A stretch of DNA of 64,000 bases from Prochlorococcus sp. AG-363-A03 (lineage in GTDB: Bacteria > Cyanobacteriota > Cyanobacteriia > PCC-6307 > Cyanobiaceae), in NCBI GenBank assembly GCA_003280445.1, contig QCEW01000002.1:3969-67968 (forward strand), in the 5' to 3' direction. Shown one piece after another: positions 20,200 to 39,923 of this stretch (positions are counted from its first letter, which is position 1; the number at the start of each line of letters is the position of its first letter). Both the position numbers and the translations under genes were made by a program. The notes under the pieces are model-generated. The model was given only the letters and a program-made list of their open reading frames with translations, ran no database searches and was not told where the DNA came from.

Positions 20200-21951
20200 T
20201 TATTGAGTTATTAGTTTTGTTTTCTTTATTAAAATCACAGAACTGACTGCAATGAAAAGTGCAATCCAAGCGCTCATTTCTTGGTGTAATAGGAAAGCTC
20301 CGATACTAATTAATCCGCCATAAAGAATTCCTGAGCCTAAAATGAAACGAGACATAAGAACTGAAAAAGAGTCAACTGGATCAATATTCAAATTTTTCCT
20401 TATTTTTTTCCAACCAGGACCTGGAGGTTTTACTTTTTTAACAAATTCATTGAGTGTCTCTTCTGACTCAGGCTCAGTAAAAAATAAAGTAAGCAGCCAA
20501 ATCACAGCTGAAAATGAAGTAGTAAATAATAGTCTTTTTCCAAAATCTTCAATTGTGAAATAAGGAGAAACTGAAGTGATTAGTCCAACAACAAAACCAC
20601 TCAGCATTGCCGAAAGTTCCGCTAAAGCATTAACTCTCCACCAAAACCATCGAAGGACCAGAACAGCACCTGGGCCAGTACCTATTGCAATTACAAGTCT
20701 AAACATTGAACCAATACTGTTACTAAATAAAGCTGTGACAACTCCAATTAGAAGCAACAAAATGCTTGCGACCTGTCCCATGAAAATCATTTCTCTAGGG
20801 CCAGCAGATGGCCTCACAAATCTTTTATATAGATCATGAGCTAGATAACTTGCCCCCCAATTAATTGAGGTACTTACAGTACTCATAAATGCAGCAACCA
20901 ATGAAACCACGACCAATCCAAGTCCAACAGGTGGCAAATACGTAACAGCGAGCTTTGGATAACTTAATTCCCAATCAGTTTGTTGAGGTAATAGGACTAA
21001 ACCAGCCAAACCAACTAAAACCCAAAGCCAACTGCGGACAAGATAATTAACAACTAAAAAAACTATTCCTGCCAATGTTGCTTGTTTTTCATCTTTAGTA
21101 GCCAATAAACGTTGAATAAATTCTCCACCACCATCACTACGTCTAAAACTCCACCACTGCAAAGAAATAAAAGCAAAAAAAGTAGTAATACTTATTCCTG
21201 AACTATCCAGCCAATTGAAGCCATCTTTATTTAATGTCCATGGAAATAACGCAAGGAGTTCAGGTCGATCTAATGCCTCTAACTTTGTCAATAAGTCCGT
21301 CATACCACCTGAAGCATCAAGTGCTACAAAGCAAACAGCAAACGCGCCTACAAGAGCTAATACTAGTTGTACAAAATCATTAACAACTACTGCCCAAAGC
21401 CCACCTATCACAGTGTATATTAGCAAAAACAAGGCAACTAGAATCATCAAAAGTATCGTGTCAGTAAAAATCCCAAATACAATATGTCCATCAACTACAC
21501 CTAATGATTCGGCCACTTTACGCATTGCCAAGAAAGCATAACCAATCCCAATACAATTGATTGGAACAGAGAGTAAAAAAGCTTTTATTCCTCTTAAGTA
21601 AGCTGCTGCTCGCCCACCATAACGCAATTCAGTGAAGGCAGCATCAGTCAATACTCCACTACGCCTCCATAGTGGAGCGAATACGACTGTCATAGCGACG
21701 TGTGCAAGTCCAAAACTCCACCATTCCCAGTTTCCCGATAGGCCTCTTGTCCCTATAATACCGGCGACATAAAGAGGTGTATCAATCGAGAACGTTGTTG
21801 CGGCCATAGACATGCCTGAAACCAAACCACTCAGACGACGACCAGCAACAAAATAATCTGCTTCGTTATTATTTTTAAGAGATATATAAATTCCTAATAC
21901 CAAAGAAAATATTAAATAAAAAAATAAAATAAGCCAATCAAAAAAAATCAT
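20200..21951 (-). CDS. Sodium:solute symporter (SSS) family transporter
   Basis: DYFVAGR, SMAATTFSIDT, YTVIGGLWAVVVND, IQRLLA, AAFMST; many TM helices. Confidence 0.9.
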   Translation of the reverse strand: MIFFDWLILFFYLIFSLVLGIYISLKNNNEADYFVAGRRLSGLVSGMSMAATTFSIDTPLYVAGIIGTRGLSGNWEWWSFGLAHVAMTVVFAPLWRRSGVLTDAAFTELRYGGRAAAYLRGIKAFLLSVPINCIGIGYAFLAMRKVAESLGVVDGHIVFGIFTDTILLMILVALFLLIYTVIGGLWAVVVNDFVQLVLALVGAFAVCFVALDASGGMTDLLTKLEALDRPELLALFPWTLNKDGFNWLDSSGISITTFFAFISLQWWSFRRSDGGGEFIQRLLATKDEKQATLAGIVFLVVNYLVRSWLWVLVGLAGLVLLPQQTDWELSYPKLAVTYLPPVGLGLVVVSLVAAFMSTVSTSINWGASYLAHDLYKRFVRPSAGPREMIFMGQVASILLLLIGVVTALFSNSIGSMFRLVIAIGTGPGAVLVLRWFWWRVNALAELSAMLSGFVVGLITSVSPYFTIEDFGKRLLFTTSFSAVIWLLTLFFTEPESEETLNEFVKKVKPPGPGWKKIRKNLNIDPVDSFSVLMSRFILGSGILYGGLISIGAFLLHQEMSAWIALFIAVSSVILIKKTKLITQ

Positions 21952-21981
21952 AGGAGCTCACAAGCAATATATTTTTCTTGT

Positions 21982-23240
<1,259 letters not shown>

Positions 23241-23276
23241 TTAGAAAGTTTAAAAGAGTATTGTAGAAAATTTCAT

Positions 23277-27416
<4,140 letters not shown>

Positions 27417-27423
27417 TTAAGAG

Positions 27424-29331
27424 TTATGAGGTAGCTGCTACCGCATCAATAATTGTATGATTCATTACTACCCGACCAACGGTAGTCAAAATGTAACGGC
27501 TAATTAAACTTCCATCTTCATCTAATCGGTCACGTCGATATGTCCATTCTTCAATACGAGTACCGTCTTTCAAAGTCTCCGACTTACGCGGTTCTTGAAG
27601 CTCCTCGTCATCCTCAATTTCACCAGGGAATCGAACCCAAACCCAATCATGTAAATCTACTCTTTTATCTTCAAGAGCTTGTAAAACATCTTCAAGTGAT
27701 GCATATGTATGAGCATAATCTCCGAACTTAGGTTGATTAGCTTGAGGCTGAATGGCAGTTAGGTAATAAGACCCTAAAACCATATCCTGAGATGGAGTAA
27801 CGATTGGGTCCCCAGTTGCAGGAGAAAGAATATTATTGCTAGCAAGCATTAACATCCTTGCCTCTGTTTGCGCCTCAATCGCTAGAGGCACATGAACAGC
27901 CATTTGATCTCCATCAAAATCGGCGTTAAAAGCTGGGCAGACTAATGGATGAAGTTGTATGGCTCGTCCAGCAACTAATTTAGGTTCAAATGCTTGAATA
28001 CCTAGTCGGTGCAAAGTAGGAGCACGGTTAAGAAGGATAGGATGACCATCTATAACTTCCTGTAGAACCTGCATTACTTCGTCGTCAGCTTTCTGTATCA
28101 ATTTCTTTGCAGCTTTGATGTTGTTGACAATATTCTGGCGAATCAACCTATGAATAACAAAAGGCTGAAAAAGCTCTATTGCCATTTCCTTCGGCAATCC
28201 ACATTGATGCATTTTTAATTTGGGGCCAACTACTATTACTGAGCGACCAGAATAATCAACTCTTTTTCCGAGCAAGTTCTGCCTAAATCTACCTTGCTTA
28301 CCCTCAATAATATCGCTTAATGATTTCAAGGCGCGATTATTTGCTCCAACAACAGTTCTTCCCCTTCTACCATTATCTATTAGTGCATCTACAGCCTCTT
28401 GTAGCATCCTTTTTTCATTTCTAACTATTATCTCTGGAGCTAATATTTCCTGAAGACGAGCAAGACGGTTATTCCTATTGATTACTCTTCTATATAAGTC
28501 ATTTAAATCTGAGGTAGCGAATCTACCCCCATCTAATTGCACCATAGGTCTTAAATCAGGAGGTATCACAGGTATCGCATCTAAAACCATCCACTCCGGG
28601 CTTGCACTCGTAGCAATAAAATTATCTATCACCCGAAGTCTTTTAATAAGCTTCGCCCTTTTTTGACCTTTGCTTGTTGCAATTTCTTCTCGCAATTGCT
28701 CAGCAACTTCTTTTAAATTTAAATCTTCAAGTAATTGTTTCAAGGCCTCAGCACCTATTCCAACAATGGGTTCATTCTCGATAGTTGAATCCTCAGCATA
28801 AATCTCGTCTTCAATCTCAAGCCATTCATCTTCTGTAAGTAGTTGCTTATATTTTAAATCTTTGCTATCTCCGATATCTAAAACAACATAACAATTAAAG
28901 TAAACAATTTGCTCGACATCTCTTAGAGGCATGTCTAACAAAATAGCTACATAGCTAGGAATACCTTTTAGATACCAAACATGCGATACGGGAGCTGCTA
29001 ATTTAATAAATCCCATTCTATGTCTCCTTACCCGACTTTCTGTTACTTCAACACCGCATCTTTCACAAACAATTCCACGATGTCTAACTCTCTTATATTT
29101 ACCACAATGACATTCCCAGTCCTTTGATGGACCGAAAATCTTTTCACAAAATAATCCGTCCATCTCAGGCTTAAGTGTTCGATAATTTATTGTTTCAGGC
29201 TTGGTTACTTCTCCTACTACCTGGCCATTGGGCAAAGTTCTTTGCCCCCATTCCATTACTCTTTCAGGAGAGGCTAGTTTTATTTTGACATAATCAAAAT
29301 GATTTTCCGTACGTAGATTGCTGTTAGTCAT
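27424..29331 (-). CDS. rpoC1: RNA polymerase gamma subunit (RpoC1)
   Basis: Zn-finger CHCGKY..CERC and NADFDGDQM catalytic motif. Confidence 0.99.
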   Translation of the reverse strand: MTNSNLRTENHFDYVKIKLASPERVMEWGQRTLPNGQVVGEVTKPETINYRTLKPEMDGLFCEKIFGPSKDWECHCGKYKRVRHRGIVCERCGVEVTESRVRRHRMGFIKLAAPVSHVWYLKGIPSYVAILLDMPLRDVEQIVYFNCYVVLDIGDSKDLKYKQLLTEDEWLEIEDEIYAEDSTIENEPIVGIGAEALKQLLEDLNLKEVAEQLREEIATSKGQKRAKLIKRLRVIDNFIATSASPEWMVLDAIPVIPPDLRPMVQLDGGRFATSDLNDLYRRVINRNNRLARLQEILAPEIIVRNEKRMLQEAVDALIDNGRRGRTVVGANNRALKSLSDIIEGKQGRFRQNLLGKRVDYSGRSVIVVGPKLKMHQCGLPKEMAIELFQPFVIHRLIRQNIVNNIKAAKKLIQKADDEVMQVLQEVIDGHPILLNRAPTLHRLGIQAFEPKLVAGRAIQLHPLVCPAFNADFDGDQMAVHVPLAIEAQTEARMLMLASNNILSPATGDPIVTPSQDMVLGSYYLTAIQPQANQPKFGDYAHTYASLEDVLQALEDKRVDLHDWVWVRFPGEIEDDEELQEPRKSETLKDGTRIEEWTYRRDRLDEDGSLISRYILTTVGRVVMNHTIIDAVAATS

Positions 29332-29373
29332 GAGGGGTTAATGTGTTTAGAAGATTTGCTTTGAATAAGTCGA

Positions 29374-32300
29374 TTACTCCTCGTATTCTTTACCTAATGA
29401 TTCATAGGTAGGTCTACTTGGCGTGCTTCTACGCGGATTGACATCTTGCATTAGATCAACTTCTTTTCCATCATCTGTGTAAACTCCGATATCTAATCCC
29501 AATGACTGAAGTTCTCTCATTAAAACTTTGAAAGATTCTGGCGTCCCTGGCCTTGGAATTGGTTTGCCTTTCACAATCGAATTGAGAGCTTCATTACGAC
29601 CTTGCATGTCATCAGACTTTACAGTCAACAGCTCTTGCAAAGTGTATGCGGCCCCATAGGCCTCTAGCGCCCATACCTCCATTTCTCCCAGCCTCTGTCC
29701 ACCTTGTTGGGCCTTTCCACCTAAAGGTTGTTGAGTAACCAGAGAATAGGGTCCAGTAGATCGAGCATGAATTTTATCGTCAACTAGATGTACAAGTTTT
29801 AGGAAGTGCGCATAGCCAACAGCGACTGGTTGATCAAAAGGTTCGCCGGTTCGACCATCTTTCAGAAGTAATTTCCCGGGGTCCTCAGGGTTATATATCC
29901 ATGATTTACCTGGCTGACTTGCCGCCTCTTTTAAGTAGGCTTGAACTGTCTGATTAGACATTTCTGGTCCATACATCTCATCAAATGGGACAATTTTAAC
30001 TCGACAATCCAAGTTGGAGGCAGCCCAACCCATGAGAAGCTCAAAAACTTGCCCTACATTCATTCTACTTGGAACTCCAAGTGGATTAAGGCATATATCT
30101 ACAGGGGTACCATCAGGAAGATAAGGCATATCTTCTCTTGGAAGTATTCTACTTATAATCCCTTTGTTACCATGCCTACCAGCCATTTTATCACCTACCT
30201 GGATTTTCCTGCGTTGCGCCACATACACTCTGACAACCATATTTGCTCCAGGTGGTAGCTCATCTCCTTGTTCTCTTGTATAGATCCTGACATCAACCAC
30301 TCGTCCCCTCTCAGTCGAAGGAACTCTAAGAGAGTTATCTCTTACATCTCTAGCTTTTTCTCCAAAAATAGCTCTTAAAAGTTTTTCCTCAGGCGGTTGA
30401 TCGGATTCTCCTTTAGGGGTTACTTTCCCAACAAGGATATCTCCACTCTCAACGAAAGCTCCTATTCGAATAATTCCCATTTCATCCAAATTCCCAAGAC
30501 TTTCTTCTGATACATTTGGGATTTCTCTTGTTATTTCTTCAGGACCTAATTTAGTTTGACGAGCTTCTATTTCATATTTTTCTATATGGACAGAGGTATA
30601 TAGATCATCTTTAACTAACCTTTCGCTAACAAGAATTGCATCTTCATAGTTGTAACCTTCCCATGGCATGTAGGCAATTAATACATTTTGACCAAGCGCT
30701 ATTTCCCCTCCCTCACATGCCGAACCATCTGCTAAGACTTGACCCACAATTACTGGGTCACCATTAAAAACTATAGGCCTATGGTTTAGACAAGTATCTT
30801 GATTAGATCTTTGATATTTTTGCAAGTAATGAGTGTGGTCATTACCTTCCTCATCAGTGACAACGATTGCATTAGCATCAACATAAGTAACTGTTCCATT
30901 TACTTTTGAAATTGGAACCATGCCAGAGTCTCTGGCAACTTGAGTCTCTAAACCAGTTCCAACTAATGGCCTTTCCGGACGAAGAAGAGGAACTGCTTGT
31001 CTTTGCATATTAGAACCCATTAAAGCTCTATTAGCATCATCGTGTTCCAAAAATGGAATTAAGGAGGCCGCTACAGAAATAACTTGAACAGGTGATAGTT
31101 GAACATAGTCAACTTGCTCTGGAGAAACCGTTTCAAAATCTTGTCGATACCTAACTGGAACAAGTTCTGCCAATATTTTACCCTCTTCGTCTGTAGCCAC
31201 ATCCCCTGGAGCAACCCTACATTCATCTTCTAAGTCTGCAGAAAGATAAATAGGATCACCTTCTTTAATTAATCGCCCATTTTCTACCTTCCAAAATGGT
31301 GTTTCTATAAAACCATATTCATTTACTCGTGCGTGAGTTGCTAGAGAATTAATCAGACCTGCATTTGGCCCTTCAGGAGTTTCGATTGGACAAAGTCTTC
31401 CATAATGAGATGGATGAATATCCCTGACCGCAAAACCAGCTCTTTCACGAGTTAGACCTCCTGGGCCCAAAGCAGAGATACGTCTTTTATGAGTTAATTC
31501 AGCCAATGGATTGGTTTGATCCATAAATTGACTTAATTGACTTGAACCAAAGAATTCTTTGATTGCTGCAACTAAAGGCTTTGGGTTGACTAATTGGGCT
31601 GGGGTAAGTGAATCTGTTTCCCCAACAGTCATCCTCTCTTTAATTATTCTTTCAAGTCTATTTAAACCAACTCGAACTTGGTTTTGTAAAAGTTCACCAA
31701 CTGACCTAACTCTTCTATTACCCAAATGATCAATATCATCTAAAGTTGCACCACCAACATCTAATTCTAAATTTATTAAATAATCTAGAGTGGAAAGGAC
31801 ATCCTCGTTTGTAAGTGTTCTTACATTATCAGGAATAGTTAGGCGTAATTTCTTGTTTATTTTATATCTACCAACCCTTCCAAGGTCATAACGTTTTGGA
31901 TCAAAAAATCGTGTTTGGAGAAGTTGCTGACCACCACTTACTGAAGGAGGCTCGCCTGGTCTTAACTTTTTATAAAGCTCTAATAAAGCTTGATCTTCTG
32001 AACTTATACCTTCTTCATTTGCCGCATCAATTGATTTTTTATAGAACTCAGGATGACGTAATTTATCAATCACGTCATTATCTGATAAACCCATTGCTCT
32101 CATTAACACATGAGCATTGATTTTTCGTGTTTTATCTACACGTACATGCAGCAAATCGTTCTTATCGGTTTCAAACTTTAACCATGCTCCACGATTAGGA
32201 ATAACGCTTGCATTGTAAGTTCTTCTACCATTTTTATCTTGCTCATCTTTGAAATAAACTCCTGGACTTCGAACGATTTGATTTACTATTACTCTCTCAG

Positions 32301-32661
32301 CACCGTTAATGATAAAGGTACCCCGTTCAGTCATCAAAGGTAATTCACCAATAAAAACCTCTTGCTCTTTAATCTCACCGGTTTCCTTATTAACTAAGCG
32401 ACAAGTCACATACATTTGCGAAGCAAAAGTTGCATCTCTTCTTTTTGCTTCTTCTACATCATGCCTAGGGCGCTTAAGTTTATATTCTGCTCCTATAAAA
32501 TGAAGTTCAAGCTTACCGGTATAGTCAGTAATGGGAGAAAAATTGTCTAATTCCTCTATCAAGCCTTTATCCAAAAACCACTTAAAACTTGATCTTTGCA
32601 CCTCAACTAGATCAGGCAGATATGTAGCTGCTTTGGCTACCTGAATCGCGCTTCTGCTCAT
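29374..32661 (-). CDS. rpoB: RNA polymerase beta subunit
   Basis: [44 protein letters not shown]. Confidence 0.99.
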   Translation of the reverse strand: MSRSAIQVAKAATYLPDLVEVQRSSFKWFLDKGLIEELDNFSPITDYTGKLELHFIGAEYKLKRPRHDVEEAKRRDATFASQMYVTCRLVNKETGEIKEQEVFIGELPLMTERGTFIINGAERVIVNQIVRSPGVYFKDEQDKNGRRTYNASVIPNRGAWLKFETDKNDLLHVRVDKTRKINAHVLMRAMGLSDNDVIDKLRHPEFYKKSIDAANEEGISSEDQALLELYKKLRPGEPPSVSGGQQLLQTRFFDPKRYDLGRVGRYKINKKLRLTIPDNVRTLTNEDVLSTLDYLINLELDVGGATLDDIDHLGNRRVRSVGELLQNQVRVGLNRLERIIKERMTVGETDSLTPAQLVNPKPLVAAIKEFFGSSQLSQFMDQTNPLAELTHKRRISALGPGGLTRERAGFAVRDIHPSHYGRLCPIETPEGPNAGLINSLATHARVNEYGFIETPFWKVENGRLIKEGDPIYLSADLEDECRVAPGDVATDEEGKILAELVPVRYRQDFETVSPEQVDYVQLSPVQVISVAASLIPFLEHDDANRALMGSNMQRQAVPLLRPERPLVGTGLETQVARDSGMVPISKVNGTVTYVDANAIVVTDEEGNDHTHYLQKYQRSNQDTCLNHRPIVFNGDPVIVGQVLADGSACEGGEIALGQNVLIAYMPWEGYNYEDAILVSERLVKDDLYTSVHIEKYEIEARQTKLGPEEITREIPNVSEESLGNLDEMGIIRIGAFVESGDILVGKVTPKGESDQPPEEKLLRAIFGEKARDVRDNSLRVPSTERGRVVDVRIYTREQGDELPPGANMVVRVYVAQRRKIQVGDKMAGRHGNKGIISRILPREDMPYLPDGTPVDICLNPLGVPSRMNVGQVFELLMGWAASNLDCRVKIVPFDEMYGPEMSNQTVQAYLKEAASQPGKSWIYNPEDPGKLLLKDGRTGEPFDQPVAVGYAHFLKLVHLVDDKIHARSTGPYSLVTQQPLGGKAQQGGQRLGEMEVWALEAYGAAYTLQELLTVKSDDMQGRNEALNSIVKGKPIPRPGTPESFKVLMRELQSLGLDIGVYTDDGKEVDLMQDVNPRRSTPSRPTYESLGKEYEE

Positions 32662-32917
32662 TCGAGAACCTGCGTTTATTATGTAGAGGACGGGGTTAGT
32701 GTCTTGTCCTTTAGGTCAAAAAATGATCTTTACTAAGAAAAAAACAAAAAACAATCTCTTAAAAAGACTGAGGTTTGAAATTGAATTTACTTAATCAACG
32801 AACAAACTGACTTAAAAGGTAGAACCTTAAAGGTTTAAGCGCAGATACCACGCCTAAGCAAGACAATAAATAACTCTACACTCAAATTAGAGAATTAACT
32901 AGTGGTAATACTGATAT

Positions 32918-33709
32918 TTAAGGCAACGCAAACAATTCCCTTGCATTTTGAGTAGATTTTTCAGCAATTTCAGAAAAACTTTCACCTCTAATCTCTGAAA
33001 TTTTATCTACTACGTGTTTCACAAAGGAAGGTTCATTCCTTTTCCCTCTATGGGGCACAGGTGCAAGGAAAGGACTATCGGTTTCTACTAGAAATCTATT
33101 TTTGGGAACTTCTTTGGCGCATTCATGAATATCAATAGCGTTTTTGAAAGTTACATTTCCACTGAAGCTAATGTAAAAACCAAGAGCAAGGAAACCTCTC
33201 ATCTCTTTGACATTACCGCTCCAGCAATGCATAACCCCTTTTGGGCAGCGACCACTAGCAGAAAGCTTAGAGAAAACTTCTAACATTTCTGTAGCAGCAT
33301 CTCTGCAATGAACAATGACTGGCAAATTTAATTCAAAAGCCAAGTTTAATTGTGGCATTAAAACTGAAAGCTGTTCACTCAAGTTCTCTGCTTTGAAAAG
33401 ATCAAGTCCTAATTCACCTATTGCAACAACTCGGCTGTCATCAAGAGCTGCATTTTTCAAAACACTTAAAGTTCCAGGCCTCCAATGATGTACATCCAAT
33501 GGATGAACTCCTACTGAATATCTCATCTCCTGAAATTGATCAGCCATTGATTTAATAGCTGGAATTTCAGAGGGTTCTACACAGGCATGTAATAAAGCTT
33601 TAACCCCCTGTAATCTCCACCTTTCTGCAACTTTATCTCTGTCTTCATTAAAGTTAGAGAAGACTATATGGCAGTGACTATCAATTATTGAACTGTTGGA
33701 GTCGCTCAA
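32918..33709 (-). CDS. tatD: TatD family metal-dependent nuclease
   Basis: DSHCH, GVHP, IGELGLD, HCRDA, ETDSPFLAP. Confidence 0.93.
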   Translation of the reverse strand: MSDSNSSIIDSHCHIVFSNFNEDRDKVAERWRLQGVKALLHACVEPSEIPAIKSMADQFQEMRYSVGVHPLDVHHWRPGTLSVLKNAALDDSRVVAIGELGLDLFKAENLSEQLSVLMPQLNLAFELNLPVIVHCRDAATEMLEVFSKLSASGRCPKGVMHCWSGNVKEMRGFLALGFYISFSGNVTFKNAIDIHECAKEVPKNRFLVETDSPFLAPVPHRGKRNEPSFVKHVVDKISEIRGESFSEIAEKSTQNARELFALP

Positions 33710-33758
33710 AATGCAAAATAAAATGTTTTTTCAAGATTTAATCTTAGATTATTAATTC

Positions 33759-34061
<303 letters not shown>

Positions 34062-34171
34062 TTAGAGTTTTGGTCTTATGTTAATCCACACTACCTCAAG
34101 ACCATGAAGAAGATCTACATAAATCAAAATTAAGGCATAAGATAATTAAATTGAACAATAGATAAAAGTTC

Positions 34172-35521
34172 ATGACGCAGATAATTACTAAAGGTGAGGT
34201 TCAGGGAACCCCTTCAAAAAAATTAAGCATAAGAACGGCTAATAATATTGATCAGGCTCATGTTGAGCTCAGGGCAATCACTGCTAGAACCTCTGGATCC
34301 AATCAAGATAAAGCCATAAAAGTAGTTAACGATATTCTTAAAAACGTTATTGAAAGGGGAGATGAGGCACTTAAAGAATACACTTCTCGCTTTGATGGAT
34401 TTCTAGCGGAACAATTTCAAGTTCCATCAGATTTAATACTGAAAGCTTGGCAAGAGACTCCTAGGGAATTACAAGATTCACTTTTATTAGCAAAAAAAAG
34501 AATTGAAAAATTTCATAGTCTTCAAATACCTAAAAATATTACTTATACCGGGCCTCATGGTGAATCACTAGGACGAAGATGGAGTCCTGTTGAGAAAGCG
34601 GGAATCTATGTACCTGGAGGAAGAGCCGCTTATCCAAGCACCGTATTAATGAATGCTATTCCTTCTTATGTTGCAGGAGTCAAGCAAACCATCATGGTTT
34701 CTCCGGCCAACTCTCAAGGAGAATTAAACCAAACCGTATTAGCGGCAGCACATATTACAGGTATAAAAAAAGTTTTTCGTATTGGAGGCGCTCAAGCTAT
34801 TGGAGCGCTCGCTAATGGAACTGAATCAATTCCAAAAGTAGATGTAATTACTGGACCAGGAAATATTTATGTAACGTTGGCAAAGAAAAAAGTATATGGG
34901 AAGGTGGGGATTGACTCTTTAGCTGGACCAAGTGAGATCCTAATAATCGCTGATCAATCAGCAAAAATCGAACATGTTGCATCAGATATGTTAGCTCAAT
35001 CGGAACATGATCCCTTGGCTTCAGCAATACTCATAACAACTAATAAAAAATTAGCTAAAAAATTACCAGCAGAAATTACACGTCAATTAATTAATCATCC
35101 GAGATTGGAAATATGCCAAGAATCAATTTCTAATTGGGGTTTAATAGTCCTTTGTGATGATTTAGAAACTTGTGCAAAATTAAGTGATACTTTTGCCCCA
35201 GAACATCTTGAATTACTTGTAGAGAACCCAAAAGAATTATCAAAAAGCATCAAGAATGCTGGGGCAATATTTATGGGACCATGGAGCCCAGAGGCTATTG
35301 GAGATTATCTTGGGGGGCCTAATCACACTCTGCCCACTTCGGGGACTGCGAGATTTGCAGGTGCTCTTGGCGTTGAAACTTTTATGAAAAATACTTCCCT
35401 TATAGATTTTTCAAAAGAAGCCTTTAATGAGAATAAAAGCGCAGTTATACATCTAGCAAACAGTGAGGGGCTGCATAGTCACGCAGAATCTATACGAATT
35501 AGAGATTCTAAATCTTGCTAA
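34172..35521 (+). CDS. hisD: Histidinol dehydrogenase
   Basis: [43 protein letters not shown]. Confidence 0.97.
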   Translation: MTQIITKGEVQGTPSKKLSIRTANNIDQAHVELRAITARTSGSNQDKAIKVVNDILKNVIERGDEALKEYTSRFDGFLAEQFQVPSDLILKAWQETPRELQDSLLLAKKRIEKFHSLQIPKNITYTGPHGESLGRRWSPVEKAGIYVPGGRAAYPSTVLMNAIPSYVAGVKQTIMVSPANSQGELNQTVLAAAHITGIKKVFRIGGAQAIGALANGTESIPKVDVITGPGNIYVTLAKKKVYGKVGIDSLAGPSEILIIADQSAKIEHVASDMLAQSEHDPLASAILITTNKKLAKKLPAEITRQLINHPRLEICQESISNWGLIVLCDDLETCAKLSDTFAPEHLELLVENPKELSKSIKNAGAIFMGPWSPEAIGDYLGGPNHTLPTSGTARFAGALGVETFMKNTSLIDFSKEAFNENKSAVIHLANSEGLHSHAESIRIRDSKSC

Positions 35522-36218
35522 GTGATTCAACACCAACCACGTCATTTTCAACTTTTCCAACTAATACTTCATCTGTCAGGTTTACAAAAAGTCCATTTTC
35601 AAGAACACCTGGAATGTTGTTAATTTGACTCTCCAATAGCTCAGGCTGATCAATACCATTTTTAAACGTTAAATCAATTATCAAGTTTCCCTGATCAGTG
35701 ACTATGGGGCCAGCCTTTTTTTGAGCCATTCTTAGATTTCCATCTCCTTCAAAGTCTTTTAAGGTTTTTTTTACCTGTTTCCATGCAGAAGGAAGAACCT
35801 CAACCGGCAATTTGAAATCCAAGTTCAATTTTTTAACAAGTTTTGTTGAGTCAACCACAACTATGAATTTTTTAGCCAAAGAAGCCACCAGTTTTTCCTG
35901 CACATGGCAAGCTCCTCCTCCTTTAATTAGTTGAAATGCAGGATCAACTTCATCTGCACCATCAATTGCAAGATCAATTTCTGAAACTGAGGAAAGTGAT
36001 TTAAGTGGTATCCCTAATTCAGAAGCAAGAACTTCGCCCTGAAAAGACGTAGTGACTCCAACAACATCTTTAATTTCTCCCGATTTTATTTTCTGAGCAA
36101 GAGCTTCAATCATTAAGGCTGCTGTAGACCCAGAGCCAAGACCAAGAATCATCCCGTTTTCAATTTGATCTACGGCAGCTTGAGCAACTGCTTTTTTCAT
36201 CTGATTTTGAAGATCCAT
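35508..36218 (-). CDS. rpiA: Ribose-5-phosphate isomerase A
   Basis: [33 protein letters not shown]. Confidence 0.97.
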   Translation of the reverse strand: MDLQNQMKKAVAQAAVDQIENGMILGLGSGSTAALMIEALAQKIKSGEIKDVVGVTTSFQGEVLASELGIPLKSLSSVSEIDLAIDGADEVDPAFQLIKGGGACHVQEKLVASLAKKFIVVVDSTKLVKKLNLDFKLPVEVLPSAWKQVKKTLKDFEGDGNLRMAQKKAGPIVTDQGNLIIDLTFKNGIDQPELLESQINNIPGVLENGLFVNLTDEVLVGKVENDVVGVESLSKI

Positions 36219-36253
36219 TTTGTTCTAACTTTTCGAAGAGAGTAGCAAGATTA

Positions 36254-37432
<1,179 letters not shown>

Positions 37433-37501
37433 TCAATGCAAAATAAGAAGAACTTGATTTTAGAGGTAACCGAAACCTTTATCGAGTAATATTTATTAGC
37501 C

Positions 37502-37575
37502 TGACGGTACCTCTTTGAATAGGGGCGTGTCAAAACTTAAAACCGCTCGGGCTTTCTGCCCGACTTCGACACTGC
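37502..37575 (+). promoter_or_regulatory. Structured 5' leader of rimP-nusA-infB operon (rimP-leader-like)
   Basis: Hairpin TCGGGC-TTTCT-GCCCGA (37547-37563) just before the rimP start, plus an upstream TGAC...GTCA-closed stem. Confidence 0.55.
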
Positions 37576-37578
37576 CTT

Positions 37579-38049
37579 TTGTCTAATCAAACCGTTACAG
37601 AATTGAAAGTTCTTACAGCAAAGTCAGCAAATAACTATGGCTTTGATGTAATCGATTTTAAGATGTTCACTCATCTCAATCCCTTATCAATTCAAGTCAA
37701 TATCCGACACAAAAATTCTGATAAGAAAGTCACTATTGATGATTGCTCTATCCTTAGTCAACATATCGATGAAGCTATTCAAGGTTCCTCAATCCTTGAT
37801 CAGCCTTTCACTTTAGAAATCAGCAGCGAAGGAGTTGGTGATTTCTTAACTGAGGAAGAAGATTTTAAAACTTTCAAAGGCTTTCCAATTGAAGTTACTT
37901 ATCAGGATTTAAAAAAAATTGAACAACAAACAAATGGTTTGCTTCTAAAAAGGACAGATAATGATCTACAAATAAATCAAAAGGGGAAAACCCACCGAAT
38001 CCCAGTCGAAGACGTTATTCAAGTCCGACTCACAACACCCTCTGGTTAA
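37579..38049 (+). CDS. rimP: Ribosome maturation factor RimP
   Basis: VTIDDCSILS, TLEISSEG, FKGFPIEV; first gene of the nusA operon. Confidence 0.9.
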   Translation: MSNQTVTELKVLTAKSANNYGFDVIDFKMFTHLNPLSIQVNIRHKNSDKKVTIDDCSILSQHIDEAIQGSSILDQPFTLEISSEGVGDFLTEEEDFKTFKGFPIEVTYQDLKKIEQQTNGLLLKRTDNDLQINQKGKTHRIPVEDVIQVRLTTPSG

Positions 38050-38104
38050 AATCTAGATATCAATTATCTAATCCAATCCCTCTCATCCCTATATCCCATC
38101 CTCG

Positions 38105-39592
38105 ATGGCTCTTGTACTACTCCCAGGCTTAAATAACTTAATAGAAGACATTAGTGAGGAAAAAAAACTTCCATCACAAGTTGTCGAAGCTGCTTTAAGA
38201 GAAGCACTTCTAAAAGGTTATGAACGATATCGAAGAACTCTTTATTTAGGTATCAGCGAAGATCCTTTCGAAGAAGACTATTTTAGTAACTTTGATGTTG
38301 GTTTGGATTTAGAAGAGGAAGGTTATAGAGTTTTGGCCAGCAAAATAATAGTTGAAGATGTTGAGAGTGATGATCATCAAATAGCAATAGCTGAGGTTAT
38401 GCAAGTAGCTGATGACGCTCAAGTTGGAGATACCGTCGTTCTAGATGTGACTCCTGAAAAAGAAGATTTTGGGAGAATGGCTGCAGCTACAACAAAACAA
38501 GTTTTAGCCCAAAAATTGAGAGATCAGCAAAGAAGAATGATTCAAGAGGAATTTGCTGACTTAGAAGATCCAGTTTTAACTGCCAGAGTCATAAGATTTG
38601 AAAGACAGTCAGTAATTATGGCAGTAAGTTCTGGCTTGGGTAGACCAGAAGTAGAAGCAGAGCTTCCAAGACGTGATCAATTGCCAAATGATAATTATCG
38701 AGCGAACGCAACATTTAAAGTATTCCTTAAAGAAGTTAGTGAAATCCCTAGGAGAGGGCCTCAACTTTTTGTGAGCAGGTCAAATGCTGGACTAGTTGTT
38801 TATCTATTTGAGAATGAAGTTCCTGAAATCCAAGAAGGTTCAGTACGAATAGTTGCTGTTGCTCGCGAAGCAAATCCGCCTTCCAGAGCAGTTGGTCCCA
38901 GAACAAAAGTAGCTGTTGACAGTATTGAAAGAGAGGTTGACCCTGTTGGAGCGTGTATTGGTGCTAGAGGGGCTCGAATTCAACAAGTGGTCAATGAACT
39001 TCGTGGAGAAAAAATAGATGTAATTCGTTGGTCCTCTGACCCTGTCCAATACATATGTAATTCGCTAAGTCCCGCAAGAGTTGAAGTAGTAAGACTTGTT
39101 GATCCAGAAGGTCAGCATGCCCATGTACTAGTTCCTCCAGATCAACTTAGTCTCGCAATCGGTAGAGAAGGGCAAAATGTAAGACTTGCTGCAAGGCTTA
39201 CAGGATGGAAGATAGATATAAAAAATTCGCAAGAATATGATCAAGCCACTGAAGATTCTGAAGTTGCAGAATTAATTTCTCAAAGAGAAGAAGAAGAATC
39301 TTTGCAGAAAGAAGCTGAGCAAAGATTAGAGGCAGAACAGGCAGCGAGAGCTGAAGAAGATGCACGACTAAGAGAGCTTTACCCTCTACCCGAAGACGAA
39401 GAAGATTTTCAAGATGATGAGTTATCAGATATCGATACTGACGAGACAGAATCTCAATCTTCTGAAACCTCATCAAATATCGATACAGATGTCACTGATA
39501 CTGAAACTTATGAAAGTGATATTGAAGAAACAACACAAGATGAGGATAGTGGCGAAGATAAGATAATTACACCAGAGGAAGGAACCCGGTGA
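38105..39592 (+). CDS. nusA: Transcription termination/antitermination factor NusA
   Basis: FGRMAAATTKQV, S1 and KH domains (DPVGACIGARG, LAIGREGQNVRLAARLTG), acidic tail. Confidence 0.98.
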   Translation: MALVLLPGLNNLIEDISEEKKLPSQVVEAALREALLKGYERYRRTLYLGISEDPFEEDYFSNFDVGLDLEEEGYRVLASKIIVEDVESDDHQIAIAEVMQVADDAQVGDTVVLDVTPEKEDFGRMAAATTKQVLAQKLRDQQRRMIQEEFADLEDPVLTARVIRFERQSVIMAVSSGLGRPEVEAELPRRDQLPNDNYRANATFKVFLKEVSEIPRRGPQLFVSRSNAGLVVYLFENEVPEIQEGSVRIVAVAREANPPSRAVGPRTKVAVDSIEREVDPVGACIGARGARIQQVVNELRGEKIDVIRWSSDPVQYICNSLSPARVEVVRLVDPEGQHAHVLVPPDQLSLAIGREGQNVRLAARLTGWKIDIKNSQEYDQATEDSEVAELISQREEEESLQKEAEQRLEAEQAARAEEDARLRELYPLPEDEEDFQDDELSDIDTDETESQSSETSSNIDTDVTDTETYESDIEETTQDEDSGEDKIITPEEGTR

Positions 39593-39864
39593 GTCAAAGC
39601 CCCATTCTGCGTAGATGTGTAGCTTGCAAAAAAGTTCTTGATCGCAAGTGTCTTTTAAAAGTTACTAAAGATTTTCAGAATGGAGTAGTTCTCTCAGGCG
39701 GGATGGGAAGATCAGCCTATCTATGTCCAACTGAGTCATGTTTTGAAGAAGCTTTGAAGCGTAAACGATTACAAAAAGCTTTGAGATGCGATATTCACTC
39801 AAGCGTTTTCAATATGCTCCAAAAACAACTTAATACCTGCATTGATTCAGATAGTGAGGCATGA
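39589..39864 (+). CDS. ylxR: YlxR / DUF448 RNA-binding protein
   Basis: PILRRCVAC, GRSAYLC, LQKALR; between nusA and infB. Confidence 0.9.
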   Translation: MSQSPILRRCVACKKVLDRKCLLKVTKDFQNGVVLSGGMGRSAYLCPTESCFEEALKRKRLQKALRCDIHSSVFNMLQKQLNTCIDSDSEA

Positions 39865-39923
39865 TGTTCATTAGAGAACTAAGTCAACTCAAAAACCAAA
39901 TCTAAAGTTCAAGCACAACATTA